From assembly GCF_037042905.1 (NCBI RefSeq), contig NC_087245.1, positions 10,418,001-10,482,000 on the forward strand: a DNA stretch of 64,000 nt, given 5' to 3'. This stretch comes from Lytechinus pictus (taxonomy: Eukaryota). A model generated the notes under the pieces. The model was not told the DNA's origin, did no database searches, and saw only the letters and a program-made list of their open reading frames with translations. Made by a program: the position numbers and the translations under genes. Each line of letters begins with the position of its first letter. Position 1 is the stretch's first letter. Positions 55,505-64,000 of the stretch are shown here, in pieces.

Positions 55505-56171
55505 CCCGGGGGGGCCACTTCCATTGACGAGTGGATACCATGCGCGACCACGGGGTCTTGAAAAGCACCCTAAACATGTATTTTCCATATTCTGAAAATG
55601 CACCCCTTAACAAGTATTGGCGTGTGAAACCCTACCCTTAACAAGTATTGGAAACAAATACTATTGGCAAGTATTCCCAGAACTGAGCCCCTAAACAAGT
55701 ACAGCGATGTATTTTCCATATTCTGAAAATGCACCCCTTAACAAGTATTGGAAACAAAACGATACTCTTAGCAAGTATTCCCTGAAATGAACCCCTAAAC
55801 AAGTGCAGAGATATTTTGTTATGTCACGCGTCCCTCGGTCGTCGGTTTTACCTTTAGACACCATTATTTTGGTTTAGTACGGCCCCACCTTCCACACCTC
55901 GCGCAAATCGGACTCTAAACACGTAGTGTTGGGGCAAAAAGGACATCCTTTATAAAACATTTTGATTTTGTTTTATCATCCCCGCATATTTGACCCTAAA
56001 CACGTATATTTTTCCGAGCGAAATAGATACCCTTTTTTCAATATTTTTGTGTTTTTGACACCCTTTTCACGTTACGTACGTAACGTGCCCTATCTTGAAA
56101 AAGACATCCTTTTTACGTGTTTTTTTGATCGCGCATGGTATCCACTCGTCAATGTAAGTGGCCCCCCCGGG
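55505..56171. mobile_element. 667-bp non-autonomous DNA transposon with CCCGGG termini and 8-bp TSD
   Basis: TIR cccgggggg(g)ccactt.cattgacgagtggataccatgcgcga; TSD GTGAGTAC at 55497-55504 and 56172-56179. Confidence 0.85.
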
Positions 56172-59013
56172 GTGAGTACCACCAATATATGTGAGTGCCC
56201 CCCACCCCCCAGGTCACACCCTTCATATAATCATCATCTCCTTCTGTAATGTTGAGCTATTGCTCAGGGCGCATATTCCTCCGCCAACTTCTTTTCTCCT
56301 TTGTTCCTCAAATGTGATGTTTATTCTTAATGTAAAGCATATAAAATGACTACTTCTGAATAAATCATCTAATATGTTAAATCATAAGTCATAGATATAT
56401 AGGTCATAGCAAAAAGGAAATCATGATCTAAACCACTTATTCTAAAACGTTAGTGTTCAGGAAAATTGTGATATCATTTATTGGTGCTGACTAAAGGGAA
56501 GCCCTGTGCCCCTGGGTTACCAAGAGGGGTTTACAGGGCACCCCAGGGCAGTCCAGAGGGGTAACATGGCACCCCATCTCTTCCTCTTTAGCTAAAGGTT
56601 TGTGAATCACCATTATCTGTCACAGGTATCTCGGAGAGCTATCGAGTGTCTTGCTTATTGTTTTTGTGTTGACTTCCATCAATCTATAACAAGATGCTAC
56701 ATAGAAAATACAAACTGAATGTGCACACCTCAGCTTCACTTTGGAAGATAACGTCAATCAAATCACCATAAAAGAGATAGTTTTTACCATTACCGTTGCC
56801 AATGGTAATTACAATTGCTTACTGTAATTCTGATATTTTAATCTAAACCTGTGTGGTGTCCATTACATATTGTTTGACTGATTCTTTGTGACATAGATGA
56901 ATTTGACCAATTAATTAGATTTTACAAGGTCTCTCTGTAATGTTGATTGTAAGATTGATTTTAAGATTGTAAGATTTTATTGACTCTATCAACCCCCTCT
57001 TGAAGTATGAGAGTACAAACATATTTACAATAAATGAAAACAAAAAACATAAAAGATAATATATATGTACCTGTACGTGTGAAAATAACAGATAACATTT
57101 ACAAGCCAAGGCATTTGGAACATTTGCCTACTCTACCACTACGTGTACACACATTCTCATCTACTTACTTTCTATAAAACTATGAATGTTGCTATTCTTC
57201 TTATAATGATAGGAGTTTTGACATCCTATTAATTACATAATACTAAATGATATACAAAAAGGTTACAAATCGTCGGGAAAATCCTCACATATCTCAGAAA
57301 CTAAAACAAATTGCTGCCTAGAAATTTAGTTCTGAATATAATAGGACTTGTACTTTCATTTTCTGTAAAAATCTCAAAATCAATTTTTTTTTAAACCAAA
57401 ATTGACTGATACCACGGTGCAGATGAACGCCGACGAACATAACCTAAAATTTACTTTCTTCCCATTCTCGTATGGAGGGGCTCAACACCAGAAATATTTT
57501 GAAAGCTAATTATCAGGGACTAAACTTTTTTTTTTTTTAATTATTATTGTAAAGTTTACCAAAATCAGTTTAAGGTCACACCCACAATGTGTTTTATGAT
57601 GTAGTCTGACATTTTATGAGCAAAATAATGATCACTTTCCTAAAACCTAAGCCAATCTTGAAGTCCATAATTTTCAATCATTAATGAGTAAATAGTTTGA
57701 TCCATTCATTATTGCCAAAATAGCTTACTTTACATTTTCAATATGAATTGACTTCATCAATACATATTTTCTACAAACTCTCACATGATTTATCTGTAGC
57801 TTAGGATTAAATTAAGTATTTATTGTTTTGACATTTTTTGCATTTTCTTTGTGTGGCATATAAAAACAATTACCACCCTTATCCCAAAACATTGCTTTTT
57901 GAATGAAAGTTGTACAATAAAAACTTTAATTAAAGACACGTGGACAAATATAATTGATTTTCACTTTTCCCAAGAATTCAAAATATTGTTTTGGTGCGTC
58001 ATATCAAAAACATCAAAATCTGACATAGCACTTTCAGTTTTCTTTGTAATCATCACATGATATTAATGATCAGGTGACAGTCAGAGGTATAGAAATTATA
58101 CCAAGTCATCATCTTGATGGGGCACCTTGCCAAAATTTGGGAAGTGAGAGGGTGGAAAATTTATGATATATTATACTTCAAGCCTTTTTCATACAAGAGG
58201 AAATACATATAAAGCAACATTAGGAAAATTATATGTGTTCATACTGAAGGGATTAAACTTGTGACGCACATGCATTTCATCTGGAAGCAATACTGTGATT
58301 ACTGATTAATTAGAAAGTGTGTTGTTGTGTGATATGATTATTATTATGATAGTATTGTTTGCCTTCATTTTTTTTCTCTGCATGTTCTTTCCAGAAGGCT
58401 AATACTGCCAGGTTCTCACAAAGAATGTTTGATAAGCAAATAGTGCAATACTTGCATTTACCCTGCTTCTGTTGTCGTGATTTTGATTCTAATAAATATA
58501 AGATTTGCTTCAAAATTAACATGGGATTATTTAATTTATTTACCATTGCTAAGAATTATTTTCTTGATTTCATTCATGAGAAATATTTTCAGTTGATTTT
58601 TCTGTGAGATATTATCCCACTGCATACAAATTGTTGGCAAGTTATCAGCAATTTAATTTCTTTTCTTAATGTTTCTTCATTCTAAAGGGAATAGCAGGCA
58701 GGGGAACAAACAAATGACTTACCTGGAAAATACAACTCATTCACATGTAATCTACATCAGTAATATGCTCTTATTTGAGGATGAAGACCTACAGACTGAG
58801 ATATGTATCATACACACGTAACAATTCGAGGTCAAAACTGAGATTTGGGATTGAGCAAGAGAGGAAATCAGCATAGCGTCAATATGACGTCAAAGTGTTG
58901 GTACCATTTTTTACAAAGAATAAATGATTGGGAAAAGCGTACAGCTAGTACAAGCCTTTTTTATTTGATCTCTGAAACCAGCCAACTGTTTTTATATATT
59001 TTTGGTACTTATT

Positions 59014-59249
59014 CACTCTTAATTTCAAGGATTTAAGATAAATGCAGAGCGGTTATGAATAGTGACCAGCCAAACATTAGATTTACATTTGAACCTTGTG
59101 GATTCATATTTAAAAGTACAAGATTTGAATTTAGATCCATTGGGATTTGAAAATAAATATTTAGGATTCAAAATAAATCCAAAGTTCTGCTGCATGGTTA
59201 TTATTCACAACCAATCCTCACTTATTGTAAATCCTTGAAATTTAGAGTA
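59014..59249. mobile_element. Degenerate EnSpm-like MITE (related fragment at about 51076)
   Basis: cactcttaatttcaaggattta / taaatccttgaaatttagagta inverted ends. Confidence 0.6.
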
Positions 59250-59345
59250 TACAATCCTGCCACTCAATCATATTCTTCTGCTTTGTAGTTCAAATCCTGT
59301 CCTACCCCTTTGGACAAGACTTCAATCTATATTTGTTGTTCTTGA

Positions 59346-59506
59346 TGCTGCAGTCACATTTCCCCTACGGTGGCTCTATGGCGAGTCACAAACAACCGTT
59401 TCATTCATTTTTATTTAAACCACCATTATAAAGCTGGTACAAAACATGTAAAACAGCTATTTTCGACTCGCTGTACAGCGGACGTAGGGAAGATGTGACT
59501 GCGACA
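59346..59506. mobile_element. Harbinger-like hairpin MITE
   Basis: gcagtcacatttcccctacg / cgtagggaagatgtgactgc inverted ends. Confidence 0.7.
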
Positions 59507-59586
59507 TTACTGAGGTGTAAATGGACATCTATAAGCTTCAAATAAAGAAGTGCTATGAAGAACTGAAGCCAAGACTGTAAATGCTT

Positions 59587-59921
59587 GGACCCGAATTCAC
59601 ATAACATAATTAAGTGCGTATCGGGCGCGCATATAAAAAATGTCCAATGTTGAAGCGCGCTTTTGTCACAGTGCAAATTGACGCCTGTTACCATGGTAAG
59701 ATACACTATTCAATTCATGAGTCCACTGTTTGAACAGTGGACTCATGAATAAAATAGTGTGGATAACCACGGCAACAGGCGTAAATTTGGTGCACTGTGA
59801 TAAAAGGGTGCATTAGCATTGGACTTTATACGCAGTAAAATAAGTATAATTTATACAGGAAATCTGCATAAACCATGGATTCAACCATGGGTTTTCAAAA
59901 CCACCTTTGTGAATTCGGGCC
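59587..59921. mobile_element. Harbinger-like MITE with central palindrome
   Basis: cccgaattcaca / tgtgaattcggg ends; internal ttcatgagtccactgtt / aacagtggactcatgaa. Confidence 0.72.
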
Positions 59922-60388
59922 TTGAAGTCCCCATACTTTGCTATTATCATTTGAAAAATTTGAAATATTTCTCATACTAAAATACAATAAGATGAATGAT
60001 GTAAATGGTGCCCTTATTTGCACAATGCCTGTGTATCCTGTGTTGTACACATATTTTTTTCAATGAAAATTAAAGCTAAATTTTGAAAACTTACGGTGGG
60101 GGTGGACTTGCCTTTAAAATGATATGACTGGTTGGTTTACAAAACCCCACAAAAGTACAGCTTCAACTTTTAAACTTGTATAGAGGAAACAGACAGAGGA
60201 AATAATTTTCATATATCCGTATCCAAAATTAAGATTAATGATAAAAATGATTTAATTCAATATCACTACAAAACAGTAGTGGTTGAGATTTATTACTGCC
60301 TAAACTTAAGTCTCATATTTCTACTTCCTATCTGATGGTACCTCTTGTACTCCCCAGCCACTTCCTATATACCATTAATTGTTCTATA

Positions 60389-60838
60389 AGCCCCAGTCAC
60401 ATATAAAAGCAGACCAACCAGGATCAGATCCGGGTTGGTCAAGGGACAGACCTGTGTCGACACCTTGGGCATCCTTGGAAGTCCGTGGAGGTCGTGAACA
60501 TCAGGGAGGCCAACACGGCAGTTTTGGGGAGGTCAAAAACATCCCGCGTCATCTGTGGACTACCGTGATGGCACAGCAATCCGGGGTGATCCATGTAGCT
60601 ACCCTGTTGGTCCCTGCAGCTTCTGTATTCGTCCGTGTAGCTGCCGTGTTGGTCCGTGCAGACGTCATGCGCTGCCAGCATGGTCCGTGTAGACCCATGT
60701 GTAGATGCCATGTGTACAGTCATCAACGCTAGTCAATGCGCTATCCAGTGGCAAAACTATCCCAGACCTCCCCGAATCATGCCATCATTCATTGCAGTGT
60801 AGATCCTTGAGGATCTACGTTTATATGCGACTGGGGCT
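60389..60838. mobile_element. PIF/Harbinger-like MITE, 450 bp
   Basis: TIR agccccagtcacatata / tatatgcgactggggct with 3-bp TSD ATA. Confidence 0.85.
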
Positions 60839-63800
60839 ATAGGTAAAAGTGTCAGGATGACCACTACCGGTTTTAAGAATTCTATGGTGTTGGAAAAAAC
60901 AACAAATATATACCAGCTCTCTTATAGCTATCCCTGTGCCACTGGTTGGTGGTATTTATTATCATTTATTTGTATTTAAGTTGCTCTAAGCTGAAAATGA
61001 ATCAAAATTTAAATGAAAAAACAGAAAATTGCTTTGGGGCATTATCATACAAAGTCTGCATTCAATCAAAACTGCTTTACAGAAAAAAAAGAAAACTACA
61101 TTAAAACAAAAATTACAGTAAAAGAGAAAAAGGTAACAGTAATAAAATGTATTTTCTTTGAAATTAAAAGAAAAATGTAACAAGCTAACACTTTTCTCAA
61201 CAATGAATGAAGTGATTATATGCATGCAAAGAAAGACAATCGTTTTTCCAATGCCATTTCCCTTAGGAGGTTGATGGTCATTTCAGTGAAAATGACTGAT
61301 TTTGGGCATTTCCTTGGTTTCATATTCACCAGGACCTATCTTACGTGTGATTTTAACATCACGCAATCCTGCTTGCTTCAAATGCATTATAATTACAACC
61401 ACCCCAACATTGTTCTATTTCCTGAATAAAACCAATTAGCAAAAATTGGAAGACAACCCTATTCTCCCTTTCCTGAGTACATACTGATCAACTTTATTCA
61501 TTCAACCTTATTTCTCTCAAGATATCACAAATGCTAGAATGATATGGCTCTTATCATTATGATGGTTTCCTATGTAAATTTATAACTTTATTATGCTTAT
61601 GATGGAAAACCAATATGAATATCAATCTACAAGTCTGATAGCTACACCTGGCTACAGGAGGGGGAGTAAGTAAATGTGTAATTTAAAAATCAGAAAAACT
61701 GAATTGATATTTGAAACAGAACAGTTATAGCACCTCTTTCAGTTTCCTATAAGATTTTTTTTTTAAATCTAGGTTTCTTCCTTGAAATAATATGGATCAA
61801 ACAGACAAATATCAAAGGTGTAAAATTGTGATATCTATCAAATATCTCCATATAGCGAACAAAGCGTTAACCAATTGTTGAAACTATATTAAGATATATC
61901 AATAATTTGGTTCTCATAACAGTCGCCTTTGAATATATATATATATCTCCTGGAGAGAAGAATATGATACTTGTGAATATTATCATTTCTTTGCCATTCC
62001 TGGTGAGAAGACATTTTTGTGACCTATATAACTATAATTTATTTGCTGCTGTTTATTTTTTTTTCTTTTCATTATTTGATTCATTGTTTACACTAGTCAG
62101 CCCACCTGTGCTCTTCAAAACACCCATGTAAAGTGCCCTACAAATGTTACTATTCTTATTATTCCTAATTTTATTATTATTATTATTTCATATTTAATTC
62201 ATTATGTTTGCTTGTTTCTGGATATGTGGACAGACATTAGAGCGATTGATAAAATTATTCTTTTTCTGCAAAAGACAGACCTTTTTGTCATACAGTTGTC
62301 CACGAATAAAAGAGTGATTGTCCTTACAGAAACTTCAATACAAAGTAGATATTCTCTTCTGAGAATAAAACTAAAAGATGAAATTGCAGACAATAGTCAT
62401 TTCATATCTTCATGAGAATGGGATACAGCCCAGCCACTTGCAGGTGAACATATCTTTATTTTCTCTTGTCTCTGTCAGAGCTAATAATATCCCAATCCAA
62501 TACCCAAATCATCTCTTTTCTGTCTGGTAACTTCATCATGTCTTTCCTATTGGGTGGGGTTGTATCAGTGAGAGTGCTGTCAAGTCTATTTTGTGGTAAA
62601 TTCTTCCATGAAGATGCTGTTTCATTCCATTATTGGTCAGGGTTCTTGATATTTGCTCATCCACCCACTCACACGCCTCTTATGAGGGAAAATCATGCTC
62701 ATGCGACAATGTTTCAATGGAAAATGTGAGAAAATGAATTTGAATCGAATGAAGTCTTAAAAAAGTGTTATATCATTCAACACAATTAAATTCAAACACA
62801 TATATAAATGTGATATTAATCTTGATAGTTTGCATATTGATAATTAACTGACACTCATGTATATTTCTTAATTTTGCTCAATCAAGGAATATCAATCCTA
62901 TCAATAGTTTTCTCATAAAAATACATTTTTCAATGATTTTTATGTGGTTCCATTTTCAAACATTCTTCTGAAATTAGTCAAAATGGAAACAATTGCAGAT
63001 TCAACAATTTCATTCTTAATATCTCAAGATGAACACATTGTTTAAACATAGATAATATACCAACAAATCACTGGTTTAATTTATAAGCATATTCTAAATT
63101 CAAATACTATTTTTAAATTTCAATGTAGATAGTGATTGATTTCAACTTTCTTAGAAAATGTTGACTTCAAGATCTTAAAATTTGAACTGTGATGCTTATA
63201 ACGAGCCAGCAAGTATAGTTATCAAAGACTTGCAACTTTGGATGAATTTCTATAATTCTTTAATATTCAATCACTCCAAATAGGAGATGTTCTATATCTC
63301 CCTATTGAAATAAATACACAGGATGTCAATATCATCAACTTGTTCAATTTTCTGCCACTATCCTATGCTCATTTTTTTTTCATCTGCTATGCACATGTGT
63401 ATTGATACTCTCTATCCTGTGAATGAAGAAAACAATACTGAATTTCATCAGCAGATGAGTCAAAATTCTGATCTTCTAAGGTCCAAATACAATAATTCTC
63501 TGAAACAATATGATTAAAATCCTTAACACTAGGGTCATTTGATGCCCAGTATATAACCACCTTTTTCTTATAACAGGAAGGTGAAACTTGAAATATGCAA
63601 AGAAATCCCTAATTGATATTTTTTTTCTTCTATTCAGGATGTGTACAAGTCAGATTTCCGTAGAGGAAATGGTTACAGTTGGTGGGAGGGATCAGCGTTA
63701 GTACCTTACTCTATCTTCTTTGCAGCACTCTTTTGTTCACCCAAGGAGTGAGAGAATGATTTGTAGGGTGTGTTTATAGTTATACTTCTTTTGCAAATAT

Positions 63801-64000
63801 AGAATTGAGTGTTTAGACATGCTCATCGTAAATGTATTTCTACAGAACACTGTTTAAGCATCGATTTTCGCTTATGCTACATCGACATGGGAAGAAAGTC
63901 AAATTGAATAGCACCCTTTTTATGAAAATTCTATTGTGCTTTTTTAATATCAAACAAGAAACACATTTATGAATTAGGTCAAATCAGGAAAGCATAAAGA

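Noticed and set aside
60379..60732. ORFs of 117 and 95 aa
   Set aside because: Lie inside a GC-rich 450-bp MITE; no transposase motifs
63690..63790. Possible upstream CDK14 exon (AAG|GTACTA donor)
   Set aside because: Weak donor, no clear acceptor or recognisable peptide

Overview
AT-rich eukaryotic (animal) genomic DNA. The repeat repertoire, poly-G tracts and frequent TAGGCCTA motif suggest a sea urchin or other echinoderm (inference). The right half holds a spliced PFTAIRE-family cyclin-dependent kinase gene (CDK14/Eip63E-like) on the minus strand. It has nine phase-compatible GT-AG exons from 43839 to the TGA at 32350, a probable first coding exon at 51430-51564 (about 375 aa in total), and a roughly 2.8 kb 3' UTR ending near an AATAAA at 29557. 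Further upstream exons may lie beyond the window. The left 29 kb has no recognisable host gene. It is a mosaic of non-autonomous DNA transposons (TTAA/Kolobok-T2-like, PIF/Harbinger-like, EnSpm-like, foldback), a tRNA-derived SINE, microsatellites, purine-rich tracts and enhancer-like segments. The most notable items are an internally deleted CR1/L2-group LINE that keeps a hydrophobic leader plus a 2A-like ribosome-skipping motif (GDVDPNPGP), two probable P-element-type excision footprints, a candidate recursive splice site or micro first exon in the CDK14 5' region, and a CCAAT/CRE cluster inside the CDK14 3' UTR. All calls come from manual reading; no database searches were run.
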